From contig NC_082722.1 of NCBI RefSeq assembly GCF_030144855.1, positions 2,356,001 through 2,420,000 of the forward strand: DNA of 64,000 bases. The letters are read 5' to 3'. The translations under genes and the position numbers were made by a program. This DNA is from Hypanus sabinus. Its lineage: Eukaryota. This document shows positions 15,001 to 30,000 of this stretch, in pieces (position 1 is the first letter of the stretch; each line of letters begins with the position of its first letter). Below the pieces are notes generated by a model that saw nothing but the letters and a program-made list of their open reading frames with translations, was not told where the DNA came from and ran no database searches.

Positions 15001-18000
15001 CAGAGTACAGGACCAGATGGCACCGTCTCAGAGTACAGGACCAAATGGTACAGTCTCAGAGTACAGTATCAGATGGCACAGTCTCAGAGTACAGGACCAG
15101 ATGGCACCATCTCCGAGTACAGGACCAGATGGCACAGCCTCAGAGTACAGGACTAGATGGCACCGTCTCAGTGTACAGGACCAGATGGCACCGTCTCAGA
15201 GTCAAGGACCAGATGGCAGCGTCTCAGATTAGAGGATCAGATGGCACAGTCGCAGAGTACAGGACCAGTTGGCAAGACTCAGAGTACAGGACCAGTTGGC
15301 AAGTCTCAGAGTACAGGTCCAGATGGCATATTCTCAGAGTACAGGATCAGATGGCACCGTCTCAGAGTACAGGACTAGATGGTACTGTCTCAGACTACAG
15401 GACCAGATGGCAAAGTCTCGTAGTACAGGAGCAGATGGCACAGTCTCAGAGTGCAGGACCAGATGTTACAGTCTCAGATTACAGGACCAGATGGCAACAT
15501 CTCAGAGTTCAGGACCAGATGGCACCGTCTCAGTGTGCAGGACCAAATGGTACAGTCTCAGTGTTCAGGACCAGATGGAACAGTCTCAGAGTACAGGACC
15601 AGATGGCACCGTCTCAGATTACAGGACCAGATGGCACAGTCTCAGAGTACAGGACCAGATGGCACCGCCTCAGAGTACTGGACCAGATGGAACAGTCTCA
15701 GAGTCAAGGACCAGATGGCACCGCCTCAGAGTCCAGGACCAGATGGCACCGTCTCAGTGTTCAGGACCAGATGGCACAGTCTCAGAGTACAGGACCAGAT
15801 GGCACCGTCTCAGAGTACAGGACCAGATGGCACCGTCTCAGTGTACAGGACCAGATGGTACAGTCTCAAGAGTACAGGACCAGATCGCACCGTCTCAGTG
15901 TACAGGACCAGATCGCACCGTCTCAGAGTACAGGACCAGATGGTACAGTCTCAGAGTACAGGACCAGATGGCACCGTCTCAGATTTCAGGACTAGATGGC
16001 ACAGTCTCAGAGTACAGGACAAGATGGCACAGTCTCAGAGTATAGGACCAGATGGCACCATCTCAGAGTACAGGACCAGATGGCACCGCCTCAGTGTACA
16101 GGACCAAATGGTACAGTCTCAGAGTACAGTACCAGATGGCACAGTCTCAGAATACAGGACCAGATGGCACCATCTCAGAGTACAGGTCCAGATGGCACCA
16201 TCTCAGAGTACAGGTCCAGATGGCACCATCTCAGAGTACAGGACCAGATGGCACCACCTCAGTGTACAGGACCAAATGGTACAGTCTCAGAGTACAGTAC
16301 CAGATGGCACCATCTCAGAGTACAGGACCAGATGGCACCATCTCAGAGTACAGGACCAGATGGCACCGTCTCAGTGTACAGGACCAGATGGTACAGTCTC
16401 AAGAGTACAGGACCAGATCGCACCGTCTCAGTGTACAGGACCAGATCGCACCGTCTCAGAGTACAGGACCAGATGGTACAGTCTCAGAGTACAGGACCAG
16501 ATGGCACCGTCTCAGATTTCAGGACTAGATGGCACAGTCTCAGAGTACAGGACAAGATGGCACAGTCTCAGAGTACAGGACCAGATGGCACCATCTCAGA
16601 GTACAGGACCAGATGGCACCGCCTCAGTGTACAGGACCAAATGGTACAGTCTCAGAGTACAGTACCAGATGGCACAGTCTCAGAATACAGGACCAGATGG
16701 CACCATCTCAGAGTACAGGTCCAGATGGCACCATCTCAGAGTACAGGTCCAGATGGCACCATCTCAGAGTACAGGACCAGATGGCACCGCCTCAGTGTAC
16801 AGGACCAAATGGTACAGTCTCAGAGTACAGTACCAGATGGCACAGTCTCAGAATACAGGACCAGATGGCACCATCTCAGAGTACAGGACCAGATGGCACC
16901 GTCTCAGAGTCAAGGACTAGATCGCACCGCCTCAGATTACAGGACCAGATGGCACAGTCCCAGAGTACAGGACCAGTTGGCAGGTCTCAGTGTACAGGAC
17001 CAGATGGCACCATCTCGGAGTACAGGACCAGATGGCACAGTCCCAGAGTACAGGACCAGTTGGCAGGTCTCAGTGTACAGGACCAGATGGTACAGTCTCA
17101 GAGTACAGGACTAGATGGCACCGTCTCAGATTACAGGACTAGATGGCACAGTCTCAGAGTACAGGACCAGATGGCACATTCTCAGAGTACAGGACCAGAT
17201 GGCACCGTCTCAGAGTACAGTATCAGATGGCACAGTCTCAGAGTACAGGACCAGATGGCACCATCTCCGAGTACAGGACCAGATGGCACAGCCTCAGAGT
17301 ACAGGACTAGATGGCACCATCTCAGAGTCAAGGACCAGATGGCAGCGTCTCAGATTAGAGGACCAGATGGCACAGTCGCAGAGTACAGGACCAGTTGGCA
17401 AGTCTCAGAGTACAGGTCCAATTGGCACCGTCTCAGAGTCAAGGACCAGATGGCACAGTCTCAGAGTACAGGACCTGTTGGCAACGTCTCAGAGTACAGG
17501 ACCAGATGGCACAGTCTCAGAGTACAGGACCAGATGACACCGTCTCAGAGTACAGGACCAGATGGCACCATCTGAGAGTGCAGGACCAGATGGCACAGTC
17601 TCTGAGTAGAGGACCAGATGGCGCAGTCTCAAAGTAGAGGACCAGATGGCACTGTCTCAGTGTACAGGACCAGATGGCACCATCTGAGAGTACAGGATTA
17701 GATGGTACAGTCTCTGAGTAGAGGACCAGATGGCACAGTCTCAGAGTACAGGACCAAATGGTACATTCTCAGAGTACAGGACCAGATGGCACTCTCTCAG
17801 TGTACAGGACCAGATGGTACAGTATCAGAGTACAGGACCAGATGGCACCGTCTCAGAGTACAGGACCAAATGGTACAGTCTCAGAGTACAGTATCAGATG
17901 GCACAGTCTCAGAGTACAGGACCAGATGGCACCATCTCCGAGTACAGGACCAGATGGCACAGCCTCAGAGTACAGGACTAGATGGCACCGTCTCAGTGTA

Positions 18001-21000
18001 CAGGACCAGATGGCACCGTCTCAGAGTCAAGGACCAGATGGCAGCGTCTCAGATTAGAGGATCAGATGGCACAGTCGCAGAGTACAGGACCAGTTGGCAA
18101 GACTCAGAGTACAGGACCAGTTGGCAAGTCTCAGAGTACAGGTCCAGATGGCATATTCTCAGAGTACAGGATCAGATGGCACCGTCTCAGAGTACAGGAC
18201 TAGATGGTACTGTCTCAGACTACAGGACCAGATGGCAAAGTCTCGTAGTACAGGAGCAGATGGCACAGTCTCAGAGTGCAGGACCAGATGTTACAGTCTC
18301 AGATTACAGGACCAGATGGCACCATCTCACAGTACTGGACCAGATGGCACCATCTCAGAGTTCAGGACCAGATGGCACCGTCTCAGTGTGCAGGACCAAA
18401 TGGTACAGTCTCAGTGTTCAGGACCAGATGAAACAGTCTCAGAGTACAGGACCAGATGGCACCGTCTCAGATTACAGGACCAGATGGCACAGTCTCAGAG
18501 TACAGGACCAGATGGCACCGCCTCAGAGTACAGGACCAGATGGCACCGTCTCAGTGTACAGGACCAGATGGTACAGTCTCAAGAGTACAGGACCAGATCG
18601 CACCGTCTCAGTGTTCAGGACCAGATGGCACAGTCTCAGAGTACAGGACCAGATGGCACCGTCTCAGTGTACAGGACCAGATGGCACCGCCTCAGAGTCC
18701 AGGACCAGATGGCACCGTCTCAGTGTACAGGACCAGATGGAACAGTCTCAGAGTCAAGGACCAGATGGCACCGTCTCAGATTACAGGACCAGATGACACC
18801 GTCTCAGAGTACAGGACCAGATGGCACCGTCTCAGTTTACAGGACCAGATGGCACAGTCTCAGAGTACAGGACCAGATGGCACCGTCTCAGTGTAAAGGA
18901 CCAGATGGCACCGCCTCAGAGTCCAGGACCAGATGGCACCGTCTCAGTGTACAGGACCAGATGGAACAGTCTCAGAGTCAAGGACCAGATGGCACCGTCT
19001 CAGATTACAGGACCAGATGACACCGTCTCAGAGTACAGGACCAGATGGCACCGTCTCAGTGTACAGGACCAGATGGCACCATCTGAGAGTGCAGGACCAG
19101 ATGGCACAGTCTCTGAGTAGAGGACCAGATGGCACAGTCTCAAAGTAGAGGACCAGATGGCACCGTCTCAGTGTACAGGACCAGATGGCACCATCTGAGA
19201 GTACAGGACTAGATGGTACAGTCTCTGAGTAGAGGACCAGATGGCACAGTCTCAGAGTTCAGGACCAAATGGTACATTCTCAGAGTACAGGACTAGATGG
19301 CACTCTCTCAGTGTACAGGACCAGATGGTACAGTCTCAGAGTACAGGACCAGATGGTACAGTATCAGAGTACAGGACCAGATGGCACCGTCTCAGAGTAC
19401 AGGACCAGATGGCACCATCTCAGAGTACAGGTTCAGATGGCACAGTCTCAGAGTACAGGACAAGATGGCACAGTCTCAGAGTACAGGACCAGATGGCACC
19501 GTCTCAGAGTACAGGACCAGATGGCACCGCCTCAGTGTACAGGACCAAATGGTACAGTCTCAGAGTACAGTATCAGATGGCACAGTCTCAGAATACAGGA
19601 CCAGATGGCACCATCTCAGAGTACAGGACCAGATGGCACCGTCTCAGAGTCAAGGACTAGATGGCACAGTCTCAGAGTACAGGACAAGATGGCACAGTCT
19701 CAGAGTACAGGACCAGATGGCACCATCTCAGAGTACAGGACCAGATGGCACCGTCTCAGATTTCAGGACTAGATGGCACAGTCTCAGAGTACAGGACAAG
19801 ATGGCACCATCTCAGAGTACAGGTCCAGATGGCACCATCTCAGAGTACAGGACCAGATGGCACCGCCTCAGTGTACAGGACCAAATGGTACAGTCTCAGA
19901 GTACAGTATCAGATGGCACAGTCTCAGAATACAGGACCAGATGGCACCATCTCAGAGAACAGGACCAGATGGCACCGCCTCAGTGTACAGTACCTAATGG
20001 TACAGTCTCAGAGTACAGTATCAGATGGCACAGTCTCAGAATACAGGACCAGATGGCACCATCTCAGAGTACAGGTCCAGATGGCACCATCTCAGAGTAC
20101 AGGTCTAGATGGCACCATCTCAGTGTACAGGACCAGATGGCACCGCCTCAGTGTACAGGACCAGATGGTACAGTCTCAAGAATACAGGACCAGATGGCAC
20201 CGCCTCAGAGTACAGGACCAGATGGCACAGTCTCAGAATACAGGACCAGATGGCACCATCTCAGTGTACAGGACCAGATGGCACAGTCTCAGAGTACAGG
20301 ACCAGATGGCACCGCTTCAGAGTACAGGACCAGATGGCACCGTCTCAGTGTACAGGACCAGATGGTACAGTCTCAAGAATACAGGACCAGATCGCACCGT
20401 CTCAGTGTTCAGGACCAGATGGCACAGTCTCAGAGTCAAGGACCAGATGGCACCGTCTCAGATTACAGGACCAGATGGCACCGTCTCAGAGTACAGGACC
20501 AGATGGCACCGTCTCAGAGTACAGGACCAGATGGCACCGTCTCAGTGTGCAGGACCAGATGGCACCATCTCAGAGTGCAGGACCAAATGGTACAGTCTCA
20601 GAGTACAGTATCAGATGGCACAGTCTCAGAGTACAGGACCAAATGGCACCATCTCAGAGTACTGGACCAGATGGCACCGTCTCAGTGTACAGGACCAGAT
20701 GGTACAGTCTCAAGAGTACAGGACCAGATCGCACCGTCTCAGTGTACAGGACCAGATCGCACCGTCTCAGAGTACAGGACCAGATGGCACCGCCTCAGTG
20801 TACAGGACCAAATGGTACAGTCTCAGAGTACAGTACCAGATGGCACAGTCTCAGAATACAGGATTAGATGGCACCATCTCAGAGTACAGGTCCAGATGGC
20901 ACCATCTCAGAGTACAGGTCCAGATGGCACCATCTCAGAGTACAGGACCAGATGGCACCGCCTCAGTGTACAGGACCAAATGGTACAGTCTCAGAGTACA

Positions 21001-24000
21001 GTACCAGATGGCACAGTCTCAGAATACAGGACCAGATGGCACCATCTCACAGTACAGGACCAGATGGCACCGTCTCAGAGTCAAGGACTAGGTCGCACCG
21101 CCTCAGATTACAGGACCAGATGGCACAGTCCCAGAGTACAGGACCAGTTGGCAGGTCTCAGTGTACAGGACAAGATGGCACCATCTCGGAGTACAGGACC
21201 AGATGGCACCGTCTCAGATTACAGGACCAGATGGCACAGTCTCAGAGTACAGGACCAGATGGCACCGTCTCAGATTACAGGACCAGATCGCACCGTCTCA
21301 GTGTACAGGACAAGATGGCACCGCCTCAGAGTACAGGACCAGATGGCACCGTCTCAGAGTACAGGACCAGATGGCACCGTCTCAGTGTACAGGACCAGAT
21401 GGTACAGTCTCAGAGTACAGGACCAGATGGCACCGTCTCAGATTTCAGGACTAGATGGCACAGTCTCAGAGTACAGGACCAGATCGCACCGTCTCAGAGT
21501 ACACGACCGGATGGTACAGTCTCAGAGTACAGGACCAGATGGCACCGTCTCAGATTTCAGGACTAGATGGCACAGTCTCAGAGTACAGAGCTAGATGGCA
21601 CATTCTCAGAGTACAGAGCTAGATGGCACAGTCTCAGAGTACAGGTCCAGATGGCACCATCTCAGAGTGCAGGACCAGATGGCACCGCAGTGTACAGGAC
21701 CAGATGGTACAGTCTCAGAATACAGTACCAGATGGCACCGCCTCAGTGTACAGGACCAAATGGTACAGTCTCAGAGTACAGTACCAGATGGCACAGTCTC
21801 AGAATACAGGACCAGATGGCACCATCTCAGAATACAGGACCAGATGGCACCATCTCAGAGTACTGGACCAGATGGCACCGCCTCAGATTACAGGACCAGA
21901 TGGCACAGTCCCAGAGTACAGGACCAGTTGGCAGGTCTCAGATTACAGGACCAGATGGCACCGTCTCAGAGTACTGGACCATATGGCACATTCTTAGAAT
22001 ACAGGACCAGATAGCAAGTCTCAGAGTCCAGGACCAGATGGCTCAGTCTCAAGTACAGGACCAGATGGCACCGTCTCAGAGTCAAGGACCAGATGGCACA
22101 GTCTCAGAGTACAGGACCTGTTGGCAATGTCTCAGAGTACAGGACCAGATGGCACCGTCTCAGAGTACAGGACCAGATGGCACCGTCTCAGTGTACAGGA
22201 CCAGATGGCACCATCTGAGAGTACAGGACCAGATGGCACAGTCTCTGAGTAGAGGACCAGATGGCACAGTCTCAGAGTACAGGACCAGATGGCACCATCT
22301 GAGAGTACAGGACCAGATGGCACCATCTGAGAGTACAGGACCAGATGGCACAGTCTCTGAGTAGAGGACCAGATGGCACCGTCTCAGAGACAAGGACATA
22401 ATGGCACCGTCTCAGTGTACAGGACCAGATGGCACCATCTGAGAGTACAGGACTAGATGGCACAGTCTCAGAGTACAGGACCAGATGGCACCGCCTCAGA
22501 GTACAGGACCAGTTGGCACCGTCACAGTGTACAGGACCAGATGGTACAGTCTCAGAGTACAGGACCAGATGGCACCGTCTCATATTTCAGGACTAGATGG
22601 CACAGTCTCAGAGTACAGGACCAGATCGCACCGTCTCAGAGTACAGGACCAGATGGTACAGTCTCAGAGTACAGGACCAGATGGCACCGTCTCAGATTTC
22701 AGGACTAGATGGCACAGTCTCAGTGTACAGGACTAGATGGCACACTCAGATGGCACCATCTCAGATTACAGGACCACATGGCACCGCCTCAGTGTACAGG
22801 ACCAAATGGTACAGTCTCAGAGTACAGTACCAGATGGCACAGTCTCAGAATACAGGACCAGATGGCACCATCTCAGAGTACAGGACCAGATGGCACCGCC
22901 TCAGAGTACAGGACCAGATGACACCGTCTCAGATTACAGGACCAGATGGCACAGTCCCAGAGTACAGGACCAGTTGGCAGGTCTCAGATAACAGGACCAG
23001 ATGGCACCGTCTCAGAGTACCGGACCAGATGGCAAGTCTCAGAGTCCAGGACCAGATGGCTCAGTCTCAGAGTACAGGACCAGATGGCACCGTCTCAGTC
23101 AAGGACCAGATGGCACAGTCTCAGAGTACAGGACCTGTTGGCAACGTCTCAGAGTACAGGACCAGATGGCACCGTCTCAGATTACAGGACCAGATGGCAC
23201 CGTCTCAGTGTACAGGACCAGATGGCACCATCTGAGAGTACAGGACCAGATGGCACAGTCTCTGAGTAGAGGACCAGATGGCACAGTCTCAGAGTACAGG
23301 ACCAGATGGCACCATCTGAGAGTACAGGACCAGATGGCACCATCTGAGAGTACAGGACCAGATGGCACAGTCTCTGAGTAGAGGACCAGATGGCACCGTC
23401 TCAGAGACAAGGACCAGATGGCACCGTCGCAGTGTACAGGACCAGATGGCACCATCTGAGAGTACAGGACTAGATGGCACAGTCTCAGAGTACAGGACCA
23501 GATGGCACCGCCTCAGAGTACAGGACCAGATGGCACCGTCTCAGTGTACAGGACCAGATGGTACAGTCTCAGAGTACAGGACCAGATGGCACCGTCTCAG
23601 ATTTCAGGACTAGATGGCACAGTCTCAGAGTACAGGACCAGATCGCACCGTCTCAGAGTACAGGACCAGATGGTACAGTCTCAGAGTACAGGACCAGATG
23701 GCACCGTCTCAGATTTCAGGACTAGATGGCACAGTCTCAGTGTACAGGACTAGATGGCACAGTCTCAGATGGCACCATCTCAGAGTACAGGACCAGATGG
23801 CACCGCCTCAGTGTACAGGACCAAATGGTACAGTCTCAGAGTACAGTACCAGATGGCACAGTCTCAGAATACAGGACCAGATGGCACCGTCTCAGTGTAC
23901 AGGACCAGATGGCACCGTCTCAGAGTCAAGGACCAGATGGCACCACCTCAGATTACAGGACCAGATGGCACAGTCCCAGAGTACAGGACCAGTTGGCAGG

Positions 24001-27000
24001 TCTCAGAGAACAGGACCAGATGGCACAGTCTCAGAGTACAGGACCAGATGGCACAGTCTCAGAGTACAGGACCAGATGGCTCAGTCTCAGAGTACAGGAC
24101 CAGATGGCACATTCTGAGAGTACAGGACCAGTTCGCACCGTCTCAGAGAACAGGAACAGATGGCACAGTCTCAGAGTACAGGACCAGATTGCACCGTCTC
24201 AGAATACAGGACCAGATGGCACAGTCTCCGAATACAGGACCAGATGGCACACTCAGAGTACTGGACCAGATTGCACCGTCTCAGAGTACAGGACCAGATG
24301 GTACAGTCTCAGAGTACAGGACCAGATGCTACAGTCTCAGAGTACAGGACCAGATCGCACCGTCTCAGAGTACAGGACTAGATCGCACCGTCTCAGAGTA
24401 CAGGAGCAGATGGCACTGTCTCAGAGTACAGGAGCAGATGGCACTGTCTCAGAGTACAGGACCAGATGACACCGTCTCAGAGTACAGGACCAGATGGCAC
24501 CGTCTCAGAGTACTGGACTAGATGGCACCGTCTCAGAGTACAGGACCAGATGGCACCGTCTCATATTTCAGGACTAGATGGCACAGTCTCAGAGTACAGG
24601 ACCAGATCGCACCGTCTCAGAGTACAGGACCAGATGGTACAGTCTCAGAGTACAGGACCAGATGGCACCGTCTCAGATTTCAGGACTAGATGGCACAGTC
24701 TCAGAGTACAGGACTAGATGGCACAGTCTCAGATGGCACCATCTCAGAGTACAGGACCACATGGCACCGCCTCAGTGTACAGGACCAAATGGTACAGTCT
24801 CAGAGTACAGTACCAGATGGCACAGTCTCAGAATACAGGACCAGATGGCACCATCTCAGAGTCAAGGACCAGATGGCACATTCTCAGAATACAGGACCAG
24901 TTCGCACCGTCTCAGAGAACAGGAACAGATGGCACAGTCTCAGAGTACAGGACCAGATTGCACCGTCTCAGAATACAGGACCAGATGGCACAGTCTCAGA
25001 ATACAGGACCAGATGGCACACTCAGAGTACTGGACCAGATTGCACCGTCTCAGAGTAAAGGACCAGATGGTACAGTCTCAGAGTACAGGACCAGATGGTA
25101 CAGTCTCAGAGTACAGGACCAGATGCTACAGTCTCAGAGTACAGGACCAGATCGCACCGTCTCAGAGTACAGGACTAGATCGCACCGTCTCAGAGTACAG
25201 GAGCAGATGGCACTGTCTCAGAGTACAGGAGCAGATGGCACTGTCTCAGAGTACAGGACCAGATGACACCGTCTCAGAGTACAGGACCAGATGGCACCGT
25301 CTCAGAGTACTGGACTAGATGGCACCGTCTCAGAGTACAGGACCAGATGGCACCGTCTCATATTTCAGGACTATATGGCACAGTCTCAGAGTACAGGACC
25401 AGATGGCACCGTCTCAGATTTCAGGACCAGATGGTACAGTCTCAGAGTACAGGACCAGATGGCACCGTCTCAGATTTCAGGACTAGATGGCACAGTCTCA
25501 GAATACAGGACCAGATGGCACCATCTCAGAGTCAAGGACCAGATGGCACCACCTCAGATTACAGGAACAGATGGCACAGTCCCAGAGTACAGGACCAGTT
25601 GTCAGGTCTCAGAGAACAGGACCAGATGGCACAGTCTCAGAGTACAGGACCAGATGGCACATTCTCAGAGAACAGAACCAGATGGCTCAGTCTCAGAGTC
25701 CAGGACCAGTTGGCTCAGTCTCAGAGTACAGGACCAGATGGCACATTCTCAGAATACAGGACCAGATGGCACAGTCTCAGAATACAGGACCAGATGGCAC
25801 ACTCAGAGTACTGGACCAGATTGCACCGTCTCAGAGTAAAGGACCAGATGGTACAGTCTCAGAGTACAGGACCAGATGGTACAGTCTCAGAGTACAGGAC
25901 CAGATGCTACAGTCTCAGAGTACAGGACCAGATCGCACCGTCTCAGAGTACAGGACCAGATGGTACAGTCTCAGAGTACAGGACCAGATGGCACCGTCTC
26001 AGATTTCAGGACTAGATGGCACAGTCTCAGAATACAGGACCAGATGGCACCATCTCAGAGTCAAGGACCAGATGGCACCACCTCAGATTACAGGAACAGA
26101 TGGCACAGTCCCAGAGTACAGGACCAGTTGTCAGGTCTCAGAGAACAGGACCAGATGGCACAGTCTCAGAGTACAGGACCAGATGGCACATTCTCAGAGA
26201 ACAGAACCAGATGGCTCAGTCTCAGAGTCCAGGACCAGTTGGCTCAGTCTCAGAGTACAGGACCAGATGGCACATTCTCAGAATACAGGACCAGATGGCA
26301 CAGTCTCAGAATACAGGACCAGATGGCACACTCAGAGTACTGGACCAGATTGCACCGTCTCAGAGTAAAGGACCAGATGGTACAGTCTCAGAGTACAGGA
26401 CCAGATGGTACAGTCTCAGAGTACAGGACCAGATGGTACAGTCTCAGAGTACAGGACCAGATGCTACAGTCTCAGAGTACAGGACCAGATCGCACCGTCT
26501 CAGAGTACAGGAGCAGATGGCACTGTCTCAGAGTACAGGAGCAGATGGCACTGTCTCAGAGTACAGGACCAGATGACACCGTCTCAGAGTACAGGACCAG
26601 ATGGCACCGTCTCAGAGTACTGGACTAGATGGCACCGTCTCAGAGTACAGGACCAGATGGCACCGTCTCATATTTCAGGACTAGATGGCACAGTCTCAGA
26701 GTACAGGACCAGATCGCACAGTCTCAGAGTACAGGACCAGATGGTACAGTCTCAGAGTACAGGACCAGATGGCACCGTCTCAGATTTCAGGACTAGATGG
26801 CACAGTCTCAGAGTACAGGACTAGATGGCACAGTCTCAGATGGCACCATCTCAGAGTACAGGACCACATGGCACCGCCTCAGTGTACAGGACCAAATGGT
26901 ACAGTCTCAGAGTACAGTACCAGATGGCACAGTCTCAGAATACAGGACCAGATGGCACCATCTCAGAGTCAAGGACCAGATGGCACCACTTCAGATTACA

Positions 27001-30000
27001 GGACCAGATGGCACAGTCCCAGAGTACAGGACCAGTTGTCAGGTCTCAGAGAACAGGACCAGATGGCACATTCTCAGAATACAGGACCAGTTCGCACCGT
27101 CTCAGAGAACAGGAACAGATGGCACAGTCTCAGAGTACAGGACCAGATTGCACCATCTCAGAATACAGGACCAGATGGCACAGTCTCAGAATACAGGACC
27201 AGATGGCACACTCAGAGTACTGGACCAGATTGCACCGTCTCAGAGTAAAGGACCAGATGGTACAGTCTCAGAGTACAGGACCAGATGGTACAGTCTCAGA
27301 GTACAGGACCAGATGGTACAGTCTCAGAGTACAGGACCAGATGCTACAGTCTCAGAGTACAGGACCAGATCGCACCGTCTCAGAGTACAGGACTAGATCG
27401 CACCGTCTCAGAGTACAGGAGCAGATGGCACTGTCACAGAGTACAGGAGCAGATGGCACTGTCTCAGAGTACAGGACCAGATGACACCGTCTCAGAGTAC
27501 AGGACCAGATGGCACCGTCTCAGAGTACTGGACTAGATGGCACCGTCTCAGAGTACAGGACCAGATGGCACCGTCTCATATTTCAGGACTAGATGGCACA
27601 GTCTCAGAGTACAGGACCAGATCGCACCGTCTCAGAGTACAGGACCAGATGGTACAGTCTCAGAGTACAGGACCAGATGGCACCGTCTCAGATTTCAGGA
27701 CTAGATGGCACAGTCTCAGAATACAGGACCAGATGGCACCATCTCAGAGTCAAGGACCAGATGGCACCACCTCAGATTACAGGAACAGATGGCACAGTCC
27801 CAGAGTACAGGACCAGTTGTCAGGTCTCAGAGAACAGGACCAGATGGCACAGTCTCAGAGTACAGGACCAGATGGCACATTCTCAGAGAACAGAACCAGA
27901 TGGCTCAGTCTCAGAGTCCAGGACCAGTTGGCTCAGTCTCAGAGTACAGGACCAGATGGCACATTCTCAGAATACAGGACCAGTTCGCACCGTCTCAGAG
28001 AACAGGAACAGATGGCACAGTCTCAGAGTACAGGACCAGATTGCACCGTCTCAGAATACAGGACCAGATGGCACAGTCTCAGAATACAGGACCAGATGGC
28101 ACACTCAGAGCACTGGACCAGATTGCACCGTCTCAGAGTACAGGACCAGATGGTACAGTCTCAGAGTACAGGACCAGATGGTACAGTCTCAGAGTACAGG
28201 ACCAGATCGCACCGTCTCAGAGTATAGGACTAGATCGCACCGTCTCAGAGTACAGGACCAGATGGCACTGTCTCAGAGTAAAGGACCAGATGGCACTGTC
28301 TCAGAGTTCAGGACCAGATGACACCGTCGCAGAGTACAGGACCAGATGGCACCGTCCCAGAGTACTGGACTAGATGGCACCGCCTCAGATTACAGGACCA
28401 GATGGCACAGTTCCAGAGTACAGGACCAGTTGGCAGGTCTCAGATAACAGGACCAGATGGCACCGTCTCAGAGTACTGGACCATATGGCACATTCTTAGA
28501 GTACCGGACCAGATGGCAAGTCTCAGAGTCCAGGACCAGATGGCTCAGTCTCAGAGTACAGGACCAGATGGCACCGTCTCAGTCAAGGACCAGATGGCAC
28601 AGTCTCAGAGTACAGGACCTGTTGGCAACGTCTCAGAGTACAGGACCAGATGGCACCGTCTCAGAGTACAGGACCAGATGGCACCGTCTCAGTGTACAGG
28701 ACCAGATGGCACCATCTGAGAGTACAGGACCAGATGGCACAGTCTCTGAGTAGAGGACCAGATGGCACAGTCTCAGAGTACAGGACCAGATGGCACCATC
28801 TGAGAGTACAGGACCAGATGGCACCATCTGAGAGTACAGGACCAGATGGCACAGTCTCTGAGTAGAGGACCAGATGGCACCGTCTCAGAGACAAGGACCA
28901 GATGGCACCGTCTCAGTGTACAGGACCAGATGGCACCATCTGAGAGTACAGGACTAGATGGCACAGTCTCAGAGTACAGGACCAGATGGCACCGCCTCAG
29001 AGTACAGGACCAGATGGCACCGTCTCAGTGTACAGGACCAGATGGTACAGTCTCAGAGTACAGGACCAGATGGCACCGTCTCAGATTTCAGGACTAGATG
29101 GCACAGTCTCAGAGTACAGGACCAGATCGCACCGTCTCAGAGTACAGGACCAGATGGTACAGTCTCAGAGTACAGGACCAGATGGCACCGTCTCAGATTT
29201 CAGGACTAGATGGCACAGTCTCAGTGTACAGGACTAGATGGCACAGTCTCAGATGGCACCATCTCAGAGTACAGGACCAGATGGCACCGCCTCAGTGTAC
29301 AGGACCAAATGGTACAGTCTCAGAGTACAGTACCAGATGGCACAGTCTCAGAATACAGGACCAGATGGCACCGTCTCAGTGTACAGGACCAGATGGCACC
29401 GTCTCAGAGTCAAGGACCAGATGGCACCACCTCAGATTACAGGACCAGATGGCACAGTCTCAGAGTACAGGACCAGATGGCACATTCTCAGAGAACAGGA
29501 CCAGATGGCTCAGTCTCAGAGTCCAGGACCAGTTGGCTCAGTCTCAGAGTACAGGACCAGATGGCACATTCTCAGAATACAGGACCAGTTCGCACCGTCT
29601 CAGAGAAAAGGAACAGATGGCACAGTCTCAGAGTACAGGACCAGATTGCACCGTCTCAGAATACAGGACCAGATGGCACAGTCTCAGAATACAGGACCAG
29701 ATGGCACACTCAGAGTACTGGACCAGATTGCACCGTCTCAGAGTACAGGACCAGATGGTACAGTCTCAGAGTACAGGACCAGATGGTACAGTCTCAGAGT
29801 ACAGGACCAGATCGCACCGTCTCAGAGTATAGGACTAGATCGCACCGTCTCAGAGTACAGGACCAGATGGCACTGTCTCAGAGTAAAGGACCAGATGGCA
29901 CTGTCTCAGAGTTCAGGACCAGATGACACCGTCGCAGAGTACAGGACCAGATGGCACCGTCCCAGAGTACTGGACTAGATGGCACCGCCTCAGATTACAG

